The notes beneath the pieces were generated by a model. That model did not search any database. It was given only the letters and a program-made list of their open reading frames with translations, and was not told where the DNA came from. Shown one piece after another: positions 18,311 through 31,032 of a stretch of 64,000 nucleotides of DNA (the stretch's first letter is position 1; every line of letters starts with the position of its first letter). This stretch comes from the human T2T-CHM13v2.0 reference genome, Homo sapiens: NCBI RefSeq assembly GCF_009914755.1, contig NC_060931.1; one strand, 5' to 3'. The position numbers and the translations under genes were made by a program.

Positions 18311-18612
18311 ATTCAGTATTCAGTATAGTCTTAGAATATTGAATATTCAATATAGTCTTAGAATATTGAATATTCAATATAGTCTTAGAATATTGAATAT
18401 TCAATATAGTCTTAGAATATTGAATATTCAATATAGTCTTAGAATATTGAATATTCAATATAGTCTTAGAATATTGAATATTCAATATAGTCTTAGAATA
18501 TTGAATATTCAATATAGTCTTAGAATATTGAATATTCAATATAGTCTTAGAATATTGAATATTCAATATAGTCTTAGAATATTGAATATTCAATATTCAA
18601 TATAGTCTTAGA
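18311..18612. repeat. 27-bp minisatellite (ATATTGAATATTCAATAT-AGTCTTAGA), ~10.5 near-identical copies
   Basis: The spacer AGTCTTAGA recurs at 18327, 18354 ... 18570 with period 27, and again at 18604. This explains the repetitive ORFs on both strands. Confidence 0.98.
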
Positions 18613-18894
18613 AATATTAGAATGTAATACCCCATTCATTGATAGATCTCTCTAGGTTTGTGGAACTGTAAAATAACTTAGTTGTCATTCAGTCTGTGTG
18701 TGTATCCTTTGTTGAACATTTGATTCATTCAATTTTTTAAATTTAAGAATAATTGATTAGTTCCTGTTAGTCAATGTTCTTGCAAAAATACTCAACTTCT
18801 TCAAAGGAGGAGAAATAATGAAAATAAAAGGATATGGAAGGTGCATCACTCTGGAGCTAATGCCATTTGGGAGCCTTTTCCACACCTCAGCCTG

Positions 18895-19180
18895 AATATA
18901 TGGATGGAAGGAGCAGTTGCCCAAACCTACAGAGAGCCAGAGAGAGAGGACGGCCTGAGAGGAGTTATGCAGTGCCTCTCCTGCCTCTGCTCTTCCCAGC
19001 CTCTGCTCTTCCCAGCCTCTGATCTCCCACCAGGACCTCATGGTGGTGGAAACCATGCAGAAAGCGAAGGGAAGAGAACCTGCTGATGCAGTACATACAG
19101 GTCTGGCTCCAGATACCCAAACCAGGGTAGAGAAGACTGCAGGCTGGATCAGGAGAGACATTTGGAAAACATCCAGCACA
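18895..19180 (+). mobile_element. LTR33-like ERVL LTR fragment
   Basis: Ends in ggaaaacatccagcaca and resembles the recalled LTR33 consensus. Confidence 0.5.
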
Positions 19181-21036
19181 GTCTCCAAGATTTAAGAGGA
19201 GAATATTGATGGAGCTATATGAAGGACAGACACACAGATAGTACATGACTTCCCTTGAGAAATGGCAAGATGTGGTTATATTAAAACTGGATTTCTTCAT
19301 GTAAGCATCAGTAATAACCGAGTAGCAACTGCCCTCTTTCAACAATGAGTGAAGTCTCCACTCACTCTGCATCTTACCCTTCCCACTTCATTCAGATTTC
19401 CTCTGTACACATTTGGGTTCCAGCTCATTCTCTTACTTATAAAAGGAATTCATTATCAACCAGAGGTTGCATAGAAGATAATTTGCCCAAGCTACCTAGT
19501 TACTGGTGGATACAGGTTGAGAACCTAGGAGCATTAGCCATGATAGGTTATCTTACGCTATGGTTGCAAATCATTGCTGAAATATCTGTGGTTTATTATG
19601 ACAAAGATTTGTATTTTAATTTACTCAAAATCTCCTGTGGGTCACATGGTGACTCAGAGACATGGCCTGTCTCCACTTTGCTGCTCTGTCATCTCAATGT
19701 GTGGCTTCCAGGTTAGCACAGCTGGAGAACAGAAGGCCGGAGGGCCACTCAGGGGATTTTGCTCCACCATGGAGGGGATTTTCATCTCTAGTCAGAGTCC
19801 CCAGGCTGGAATTACTCACATGGCTCTATCCAACTGCAGGAAAGTTGGGAATTGTAATTTCTGTGTGCCCAAGAAGGAAACAAGCAGCTATTGGTGAGTG
19901 TGAGCAATTGCTCCCACAATAAGAATCTTTCATTTTGGTCCGGGCTTTTTTCAGCTTAATAATGCCACTTTTTGTTCTACCTTAGCCGGTGTGTTGACTG
20001 TCATATTTGCAATACAGACCTTCAGAGCTATTCGCACAGGAGATAGCAAGAGGAATGCCTGCTGGGGGGCTCAGTGAAGATCCCACAGAGGAAAAGTGAC
20101 TTGGATTTTGTTTTGAGGCTTGTGTAGGATTTAAAAATGTAAGAAGAATGGTTCAAGTTATTTCAAACTGTCCACATTGACTCAGTAAAGGTAAGTGGGA
20201 AGAATTCTCACAGCCTGTCTTGGTAAACCAGGCAAGTCAGTCTTACTCCTAGTAAAACAGTTATGCAGAGAAAAATCAGGTTGGATCTTTGAATGCTTGA
20301 CTGTGGATCTTGGACTTCACCTCACAGTTAATAGGCAGGAATTGGTTCAATAGCCAGTAATTCTTAGCAGGAGGAAAGATTGTGTCATTTGGATTCTATA
20401 GAACCCATTTCACTCTCCATTTGTACTTGCAGATCCAGCTTAACACAATTTTCTTATGTTCTGAAAGTTCAAGCACAAGCACTTGGGGGATAGTTGGCTG
20501 TGTGTTTCTGCCTTGGGTTTTCTAAGACTAACCACCCAGTGAATTCTACAAAACCCTGTTAAATGATGTTCCTAGCCATGGAGGACCAGGGAAAGCCAAA
20601 GGCAGAACCGTCTCTGTGAGTAATGATACAGCTGCAGACCCTGATGGGGTGCAGTGCATCATTAATAGAACAGGGCATAAGGATGCATGCTGTCAGAGCT
20701 ACCCCGTCTATTTTTGTGTGACACGGGGGACTTGTAGCCACTGCATTGATTTGCAATGGTGAACTGTCATTTCCAATAACAACTGTCCATGATAATATTT
20801 AAAATAATATTGAAAATTCACTGAATATAATATTTTTAAAGGATGTCATCTTTTAAAAAATATATGTGGATTTTAAAGACAAGTAGATGAGTAGAACACC
20901 AACGATTATTGTTAAATTATCCTAAATTTACCTGGGATTGCAATAAAGTTAATGTTCCCTAGAAATTGTGAATGGTTGAATTAAAGCATAATAATTGAAT
21001 GCAAATACCACAAAATTTTTGCTTTTCCACTTTGGC

Positions 21037-21351
21037 TTTTTGTTTTGTTTTGTTTTGTATTTTTTGAGACTGAGTTTCACTCTTGCTGCCCAGGCTGGAG
21101 TACAATGGCGTGATCTCGGCTCATCGCAACCTCCGCCTCCTGTGTTCAAGCAATTCTCCCGCCTCCACTTCTTGAGTAGCTGGGGTTACAGGTATGCACC
21201 ACCACACCCGGTTAATTTTTTTTGTATTTTTAGTAAAGACGGGGTTTCTCCATGTTGGTCAGGCTGGTCTCGAACTCCCGACCTCAGATGATCTGCCCGC
21301 CTCGGCCTCCCAAAGTGCTGGGATTACAGGCGTGAGCCACCGCACCCTGCA
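21037..21351 (-). mobile_element. AluS (Sp-like)
   Basis: Full antisense Alu. TSD ACTTTGGC at 21029-21036 and 21352-21359. Confidence 0.95.
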
Positions 21352-21468
21352 ACTTTGGCATTGCTAATAACCTATAGGGTTGTCATTAAGTTTTAAAACA
21401 GCAAGTAATTTTGTTTATTGCCACCCTGGTTAATCTCCTTCCACTCCTGAGAAAAACAAACAAACAGT

Positions 21469-21825
21469 GACCTCAATAACCATTTATTTCTGGCACAGCT
21501 TTCCCTCTCTCTCTCCAGGTGAAGTTTGTGCAAGCGTGAGTTAAGAGATTTGATGAAATTATTCACCCAGATGTAAGTGTCGGTATGTTATTAATACTTT
21601 CTCCAAGAACATGCACATCTTCACCTGGGCTTGCTGCTGCCCCACGTAGTAAGGATGCAACAGTTTGTGGTTCTCTAGAGAGCTTTGCCACCAGTTTTGC
21701 AGGGAGAGGGCTTTTAGTGTCTTAGCCATAGTGACATGTAAACAATTGATATGAGAGTTTTTCTTGAGAATGAATTTTTATACAAAGAAAAGGGAGAGGA
21801 AGAGAACATTGCTGGCCTTGGAAAT
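21469..21825 (-). other. ACTR3C: ACTR3C non-coding terminal exon (3' UTR)
   Basis: Very strong acceptor (ctttctttcctttcctgttttgtgtctgtttttcag|ATTTCC). AATAAA lies ~340 nt downstream. The cleavage position is estimated. Confidence 0.72.
21483..21488 (-). terminator. Canonical polyadenylation signal AATAAA
   Basis: tttatt on the + strand. The downstream minus-strand sequence is U/GU-rich (tgtttgtttgtttttc), as expected of a downstream element. Confidence 0.7.
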
Positions 21826-21897
21826 CTGAAAAACAGACACAAAACAGGAAAGGAAAGAAAGCAGATTATTTAGTTTACCGTCTTCATAATTTAAGGT

Positions 21898-22260
21898 TAA
21901 TGTAGTTTTGATATGCCCCCACCAAATCTCGTGTTGAACTGTAATCTCCACTCTTGGAGGCGGGGCCTGGTGGGGGTGTTTATATCATGGGAGTGCATTC
22001 CTCATGGATGGCGTGGGCCATCTCTTGGGTGATGAGTGAGCTCTGAGTTCACAAGAGATCTGGTCATGTAGAAGTGTGTGGCAACTGCCTCCCACTCTTT
22101 TGTTCTTGCTTTTGCCATGTGAAGTGCCTGCTCCCACTTCACCTTCCTCTGTGAGTCAAAGCTCCCTGAGCCCTCCCCAGAAGCTGGGCACCATGCTGGT
22201 ACAGCCTTCAGGCTTGTGAGCCAATTGAACCTCTTTTCTTTAAAAATTACCCCATCTCAG
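21898..22260 (+). mobile_element. MST (MaLR) LTR, 3'-truncated
   Basis: ccaaatctcgtgttgaactgtaatc...gtgagccaattgaacctcttttctttaaaaattaccc. Confidence 0.8.
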
Positions 22261-22601
22261 GATCTGGGGCAAAGGTACTCCAACAATAGACGATGCTGTT
22301 GGCAATACCTGCTCGATTCCAGCCAAACTACAATGGAACCTGCCCCTGCCAGGGTTTCAGCAGGGCCAAGCTGGAAGCTGATTTTCCACCCTAGCTCCTG
22401 TCCCAGGGAAGCAGGCCATGGGCTCCAGTTTCTCTGCGGTGTCAGCAGGATGCAGAGTAAGCCCACTTCCACCAGGCATCGATGATACAGAATGAGGCAA
22501 CTCAAGGTAGAGTGGTCCGCGTTCTGCTCTCCCTTCCCTCCCGTACTGGCCCTGGGCCCAAAGGAGACTGAACAGATACACAGCCCTGGTGCTACATCTC
22601 A

Positions 22602-22947
<346 letters not shown>

Positions 22948-23241
22948 TTATCAAAATGTCCAGAATACAATAAAAAACCACTTATCATAGCAAGAACCAG
23001 AAAAATCACAAATGAATGAAGAGTCGATTGAGACTCCAACATAAAGATGACTCAGGTGCTGGGATTACCTGCAAAGAATTTTAGAATAATTGTCATAAAA
23101 ATGCTTCAATAAGCAATTATGGGTTCTCTTGAAACAAATGAAAAAAATAGAAAATTTCAGCAAAAGTAGAGCCTAGAATTAAAAATGAAAATCATGAGAA
23201 TACCTCAAATAAAAGGCTACGCATGGGCTCAATATATCATC

Positions 23242-23310
23242 TCAATGAAATGGAGGTGACAGAGGATGGAATCCGTGACCTTGAGGATAGCTCAGTGGAA
23301 TTTGTTCCAT
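23242..23310 (-). CDS. ACTR3C: ACTR3C last coding segment MEQIPLSYPQGHGFHPLSPPFH* (within exon 23204-23310)
   Basis: Acceptor ctgttttctctgtttttcag|ATG GAA CAA ATT, in phase 0 with the previous exon. TGA at 23242-23244, donor GAG|gtattc at 23204/23203. The peptide matches the ACTR3C C-terminus as I recall it. Confidence 0.85.
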   Translation of the reverse strand: MEQIPLSYPQGHGFHPLSPPFH

Positions 23311-23617
23311 CTGAAAAACAGAGAAAACAGTTATAGGGCAGCAGAGTCTCATGGGTCAATAACAAAAGAGCTCACATTTGTATACTTGGAGTCCAAGATA
23401 AAACAGAAAAATGTTTAAAGCAGCCAGGGAGAAATGAAATGTTGCTTAAAGGAGAACACCAATTCAAATGGTAGCAGATTTTTCATCTGAAACCATGGAG
23501 ACCAGAAATGAATGAAGTGCTTTTCCAAGTGCTGAAAGAAAATAATAGTCACCTGCCACTTCTATACCCACAGAAATTATCCTTCCAGAATGAAAGGGAA
23601 ATAAAGAGGTTTTCTAG

Positions 23618-24010
<393 letters not shown>

Positions 24011-24457
24011 ATACCTCATGAGTTTTTAAAAGCGATATTTGATGTTTGAAGCAAAAGTTACTATGCCATCTGATGGGATGCTCAATGCATGTAGAAGAAA
24101 TACCTGAGACATGGATATTTAAAAGATGGGAAGTGGAAAGACACCTAAAGGAAGGGTGATCCTCCACTTTACTCCACGTGATAAGGCCTCACTTCCGGGG
24201 ACTGTGATGGGTTAGGGTACATGGTGGATCCATTGACACCGAACTCGCAGTGCTCTGCATGTCGCATGTGCAATGGGGCCAGGGAGCTGCAGGGCTGCCC
24301 TGGAGCGGATGAGGGGTGGCTGGAGCTTCGCAGAGGAAATGGGGTAGATTATGTGGGGCTGTTGGTTACATTGAGGCCACTGTAAAGTGATTGGATGTTT
24401 TTCTAAATGTAGGTATTTAGTTATTAGAATAAATGAGCAAGAAGTGACAGAATCTGA

Positions 24458-24758
<301 letters not shown>

Positions 24759-24759
24759 G

Positions 24760-25380
24760 ACTTGAATTTTTAAAATATCACCTTAGCTACTGTGTTGAGA
24801 TTTCAGTGTGAGGGTTAAGGGCAGGTGCAGTACGACGGATTAGGAGGCTATTTCAGGAATCCAGACAAGGCCATTGCGAGTGGAGGGGAGAAGCCAGTGG
24901 GTTCTGGGGGATGGTAGTTTCAATACAGAGCCAAAGGAAATCTTGATGGTGGAAAAGAGGGATCTTTAGGATGGCTCCCGGAAGTTTGGCTTCAGTGGCC
25001 ACTAATTGAGGTGAAGAAGACTGCGGGAGAGCAAGTGGGGTGGAAGATCAGAAGTCTGGCTAGGGTTGAGATGCCGATTAAGCATCCAAGCAGCTGGATA
25101 TGTAAACCTAGATTTCGGAAGAGAGCTACAGACTTGGGATAAAAAATTGGATGTAGTTACTATGTGGAGAGTGCTTAAAAGGATGGGATTGGATGCGGTC
25201 ACCTAGGGAGCAGGTGTCAACTTTATTCATGGAACCATACAAATGTAAATATGGACGGAATATCTATAACATCAGCAAACAAGAATGAGGGGCCTCTCTA
25301 TTTTTTGCTGGTGTACCCCAATTCTCCCTATAGCACCTGGCATATAGTAGTCACTTGATAATATTTACTGAATGAACAGT
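24760..25380. mobile_element. L2 fragments
   Basis: gggttgagatgccgattaagcatccaag...ggatatgtaa and agcacctggcatatagtagtcacttgataatatttactgaatgaa. Confidence 0.65.
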
Positions 25381-26358
25381 GACACGTGTGACCTGTCCAC
25401 CATGACCAGATCAGCATCAGATCTAGAGCAACAGTGGAAATATTCTCATTTCTAATTCAATGGTCGTTTATTGTCCCTAACTCTCCTGCCAAATTTAATT
25501 CTCAATATCTTACTCGTGTTCAACACTAAATTCTGATTACTTTATTGGTTGTTATTTTTCATAAGTTATTCTTAAACTTATGATGTCTTTAAAACTAAAA
25601 TTAACTGCGTTTTTTTCCTATTTTAGGAAAAAATGAAGACAGGCTAATTTTGAGATAAATCAAATTTGAAAGAGAGTAAGATTTTTTTAATTTAATAAAA
25701 ATGCTTTTACCCATTTTATAGAATTATAACAATATTCAACCCTTTTAAAACATGGTTGCTATAGATTTTCTCTATATCACAAGGAATTCAATACTATATT
25801 AGATATTAAAAGCCTAAAAACCTAAAGATTGATGATGGTTTGTGTCTGACAAGTTTTAAAATAATAAGGAAAATAGGTATAGGGAATGTATTGATAATAG
25901 AATGTACATTTTCTTAAGTATAGGCTAAATTAGATTTAGGATTGTATTAATTCCAAATGAATCATTTTATTAGCACTAGCTTAGAGGAATAATTTCTTCC
26001 ATACACAGAAAATTACTGTGTATACTCAATATTACTAAGATATAAAAGCCATTAGGTTTTTGTTTATTATCCTTTTTCTGACTTTTCTCCATATAAGTGA
26101 GAAGCAATTATCACTTGAATCAACAATATATATTAATTTTTAAAAATAGAAATAAATATAAAGCAAGGTTATAATTTCTATGACCATAGGCTCTAAGAAA
26201 CCTAACCCTGTGTTTTCCATAGAAACCATAGTCCAGCGTTTGCTCTGTTCCCAGCAACTTCATAGAACACAGCTACCATGAATAATGAGAATTGACACCA
26301 CCTCTTTTTAAGCGCTTTAACTTCGACATTTCAATTTGGTTTAAAATTTTAATCCCTC

Positions 26359-26424
26359 CGTGTGTGTTTGTGTATGTGTCTGTGTGTGTGTGTGTGTGTG
26401 TGCATGTGTGTGTGTGTGTGTGTG
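26359..26424. repeat. Interrupted (TG)n microsatellite
   Basis: Directly visible. Confidence 0.95.
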
Positions 26425-28603
26425 CAATGAAAGAAAATACATACACTAATTCTCCAAAATTCCTATGGGTGACTTAATCAACATGTATTTCTGAAGTTCT
26501 TACTTTCATCAGCATTTTCTTAAGTTCTTTGGAGAACATGGACATATAAAGTATTCATTGCCCTGGCTCCAAAATGTGCAATTTAATGCAGCATACATTG
26601 CAAACAAATTTATAAGGAACATCATATTGTAACTAATAAGGGCTACAGGAGCTTACTGGCCTGTCCATACTCTAAAGACTAAAGTGGTCTAATGAAGGGG
26701 CTGCTTGGAGGATGCAGAGGCTGAAAATGGTAAGCATTAGGGCAGGTCAGAGAAAGGGCTGTTTATTTCAGGAAGAATACATGATACTAAGCATACCAGA
26801 GACATTACGGAAAGTAAATAAAGAGTAGATTTATACTATATGAAACATTTTAGAGTAATATGATGCAATTTACAGCTAATGGGAAAAGACTGCTAAGTTA
26901 TTGCTGTGTCATAACTATTTTATTGTGATTTAAAAGCTTTGCATAAAACAATATCCAGTATCTTCAGAACTAATATTTTATTTGAAGTACCTTTCTATTA
27001 AAACTTCTCTGACCATCTAATTGTATTAAAAATAACATACTGGGAATAGGATGTATCCTCGAATTAAATTGCTTTTCAATGGCGTTAAGGTAAAATAATG
27101 CCTGTGTGTTTATTGTTTTTATTAATATGATATATTGTGTGATATCTGGGCCCAACAGCTATCTCAATTGTGGATGATATTTATATAAGAGCAAACTTTA
27201 AGCAGATGACAACTCTGCAGATTCTGCAGCGGTAAGCCCTTCTTGACTCTTTTCTGCAGGTTGTGGATGAGAGAGCTGCCCCATGGCTGGGCTGTTTTTA
27301 CGTATACTGGCTGCTTACAGGATATCACGCTGCTGAATGACGTGTACTTGAAGACCAGCAGAGGGTGGTGGATGTGCCTCTGCCCACGCCGTGTAAAGAT
27401 GGTGGCAGAGCGGGCCCAACAGCACCCTTGGAGTCTACACAAGAAGATAAAGTCATGCATGGGTAATGTCCTCTGGCTGGTTCTGAAATATATAAAGGCT
27501 GCCATTTTTCAGGGACAGAGCAAATTATCTTACACCTCTTTATCCTCTAGAATTTAATTTCAAGTTGCCTAAGTCTGCATAGCTTTCCAGTCTCAGGTGC
27601 AAATGGCCCTCAAGTCTCCTGATGTCCACTGAAGCTGTTTGGGGTTTTTGTTTTTACCCGATTTTAATATTTTTTTCTGTGATCCATGCAGAGCTCTAGC
27701 ATCCTGACTTCTTTAACTAAATTAATACCTTTAATCTGATTGTAGTAAAGTTTTGCTGTAACCTGAGATCCCTTTTCTCTCCCTGGTGACATTGCATCAT
27801 GCGTCTTTGGTTTTTTGTGGATTGATTTTATTGTTTAGCTCTCAGAGGATGTTCTTATTTCCAAGTAGCTGGAAATTACCAAATACCAATCATAATATCC
27901 AGAAGTACAAATTAATAATGGGATAGTAATAAATAGTACAATTTGTACTTATAGTTTATGCCGTTTTTCTAAATTACATGTTGATCCTTTTTAGTGGCAA
28001 GCGGCCCATCGGTATTGGCTATTGATAATAATTGAAACAATATGCCATGCGATCCCCTCTAACTGTGCAGATGTAATGAAGCATACATCTGCCAGATGGA
28101 AGAAGTTACAGTATAATGTACCCTGACTTGCTGTTGCAGGGTTGCTAAGTACAGTTTTTTTTCGTGTTTTTTTTTTTCCCCCAGCATTTTCACTGGTATC
28201 ATTGGGTATAGACTCAGTCAGTAGGGTACCTAGCAGTCTGAGCTTGAAAACTTGAGAATTAATTTCAACACACCTTTGACTATTCCCTAATGTTCTCCAC
28301 TTAAATGTGTCATAGTGAAGCCAAGGGTAACTAGTGTTTTGTGATGAAGAACTGTCCTTTCCTGTACCCACCTGCAAACTTGAGTATACATGTTGGGTGC
28401 TGAGTGCTAGAGAGAGAGAAATGATTTACCCCTCTTTAGAGATACCCCATATTGATGAGAGTGATGTGCTTGGGCATGGCTTGGAGAACCAGTGGGGTGT
28501 TTGGAATGATGGCTTTTGTCCATTTCAACATTGGAACCCTGATCCTATATTATAATAAGAAAGGTAGACACATGGCAGAATCAAGTATAAATTGCTTATC
28601 ATA

Positions 28604-29118
28604 ATGTTTGTAGTTCTTTGAGATATAAAAAAGCCTCCCAATTGTCCTATAGAACTGATGTTTATTGTTTCTTTTAAATAAACATAAAAATTGACCTTCC
28701 CAGTCTTAAAACTTAAACATGTTACATTTGTATTATCTGAGTTCCTTTCTCAGAAAATAAAGGATCAGGCCTCCCAGACAGTATCAAAGAGCGAAACTTA
28801 CCAGATCATGGCATCTGGACCATGAGACACCAGACTCATCACCTGTGTTGATTACCTAAACCTGCTTCCTGTTGACCAGTTCTTCTTCTTTACCCCTCCC
28901 TTATTCCTGCTTTCCCACACTTGGTTACATTTCTTCCTCACTACATACACCCATCATTTCAGTTGCTCAGGCAGGTGGATTTAAGACTGATCTGCCATCT
29001 GCTCTCCTACAGCACCCAATTAAAGCTGTCTTCCATGGCAGTGCTCGTTATATCAATGACTGGCTTTCGGTGCAGCAAGCAACAGGACCTAGACTGAACC
29101 CCTGACATTCAGGTAACA
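28604..29118 (+). mobile_element. MER39-like ERV1 solo LTR
   Basis: ccttcccagtcttaaaactt...atctgagttcctttctcag...accagatc...catctggac; ends in ggtaaca. Confidence 0.7.
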
Positions 29119-30327
29119 AAACCAATTTCCAGAGGACATAGGCTTACTCTGCTACATTTCCTGTCTTCCTCGAATATGGCATCAAGTTTGAAAGTGGCCC
29201 TACAACTTTGATGAGTTGACTTTTATGACATTTAAATAAATATGCATTAAGCCAAATTGTCCCCAGGATTTTCCACAAAAATCTCATAATTATAGAGCCT
29301 GTGGTGTCTGAGTTCACTTCATTATTTTCCAGGAAAATTTTGAACTAGAAAAAAGAAAATAAAATGCTCCAAAAGTCACAGCGTAAGAACATGTCCTAAT
29401 TCCCTGTAGATTGCGTGTTCAATGGAAGGAAATGCTCCTTGCTGGGGCGAAGATGCTTCCTAGGGCAATCAGAAATCTGCCAAAAGTTTTGTAGGGGATT
29501 TTTTTTTTTTTTTTTTTTTTTTGCTTTCGAGTTTTTCTCTTATGGAGCAGGATAAATGGATCAGCCTGTTAACAGACTAGGCAGATGCCCAGCATATCTG
29601 AACTACATCATTTCTTTAGATTTAGTAGGGTTTTGACTTGAACGCTAGTAGGCTCCCATATGTCTTCCTGAAATCTAGACCTTAGGTGCCCTCTGTGGGG
29701 ACTGCTGTGTATACCTGGACTCAATACACTTACCTAGTCAGATGAATATAAACTGTCAGTCTTGGATCACCTACCCACTCCCTTCAGAGTACAGAGTCAA
29801 GTTCACTGCAAGGGAGCAGGTTGCCCAGGGAGCCCAGTGCCCTTTAAAAAATGAACAGTGAAGAGATGGCTCTACATATGCAGACTCTTGCTAGTAACTA
29901 GCAGGAGAAACCATTTGCAGTGGCATGTCTTTGGAATGATCGTTTGCCAACAGCAAGAGAGAAGTATTTTCACCTTATAGTATAATTTACCCCAAGACAC
30001 AGCTCCGTCCTTTCTTACCAAGGGTGCATATGTGTACATGAGTGTGTATATCTGAAGTTTACTCATTGATTAAGAAATATTGCAGGTTCTCTAAAGCTTG
30101 TATATCTTGGGCTATTACAAATTCTATTTGACTGGGAAAATAATATTTTTAGGAACTCACTCAAAAATGGACACATGCTTTGAAATAGAAATTTAAGTGG
30201 TTTCTCCAAGTAACAACAATCATGTGTTCCTTTCTTCCCACCTCTAGAGAAATACAAAACAGGGAAACAATGTAGAGATACATGAGAGTCAATTGGTTAT
30301 CGCTAAGTTGTTTTAAGACCCTACAGA

Positions 30328-31032
30328 AGCTGCATCCATGTGGCTGCAAAGGACATGATTTCATTTTTTATGACAGTGTAGTATTCCATGGAGTGTACGT
30401 ACCACATTTTGTTTATCCAGTCCTCCATGGATGGACATCTAGGTTGAGTCCATGTCTTTACTATTGTGAATAGTTCTGCAATGAACATATAGGTACCTGT
30501 GTCTTCCTGGTAGAACAATTTATATTCCTTTGGGTATACACCCAGTAATGGGACTGCTGGGCCGAATGGTAGTTCTGTTTTAAGTTCTTTGAGAAATCTC
30601 CAAACTGCTTTCCACAGCAGCTGAACTAACTTACATTCCCATCAACAGTGTATAAGCATTCCCTTTCTCTGCAACCTCGCCAATATCTGTTGTTTTTTGA
30701 CTTTCTTATAATAGCCATTCTAACTGATGTGAGAACTGATGTCAGATGTTAACACAGGAACAGAAAACCAAATACCGTTTATTGTCACTTATAAGTGGGT
30801 GTGAAACCCTGAGTACGTGTGGACACAAAGATGGGACCAATAGACACAGAAGCCTACTTGAGGAGGTAGGGTGGGAGTAGGATGAAGGTCCAAAAACTAC
30901 CTGTTGTCTACTATGCTCACTACCCGCGTGACAAAATCATTTGTACACCAAACCCTAGTGACACATAATTTATACATGAACAAAACTGTGCATGTACCCC
31001 CAAACCTAAAATGAAAGTTGTAAAAAAAAAAA
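30328..31032 (+). mobile_element. 5'-inverted (twin-primed) L1PB-like 3' fragment
   Basis: 30328-30734 is antisense ORF2 end (ORF 30321..30518: MFIAELFTIVKTWTQPRCPS...WINKMW). 30749-31032 is sense 3'UTR plus poly(A). Confidence 0.8.

Noticed and set aside
18311-18612. CRISPR-like array (palindromic repeat plus spacer) and repetitive ORFs 18309..18593 / 18339..18605
   Set aside because: The spacers are identical 9-mers, there are no cas genes, and the context is primate. The ORFs have no ATG start (TTG) and are by-products of a 27-bp period.
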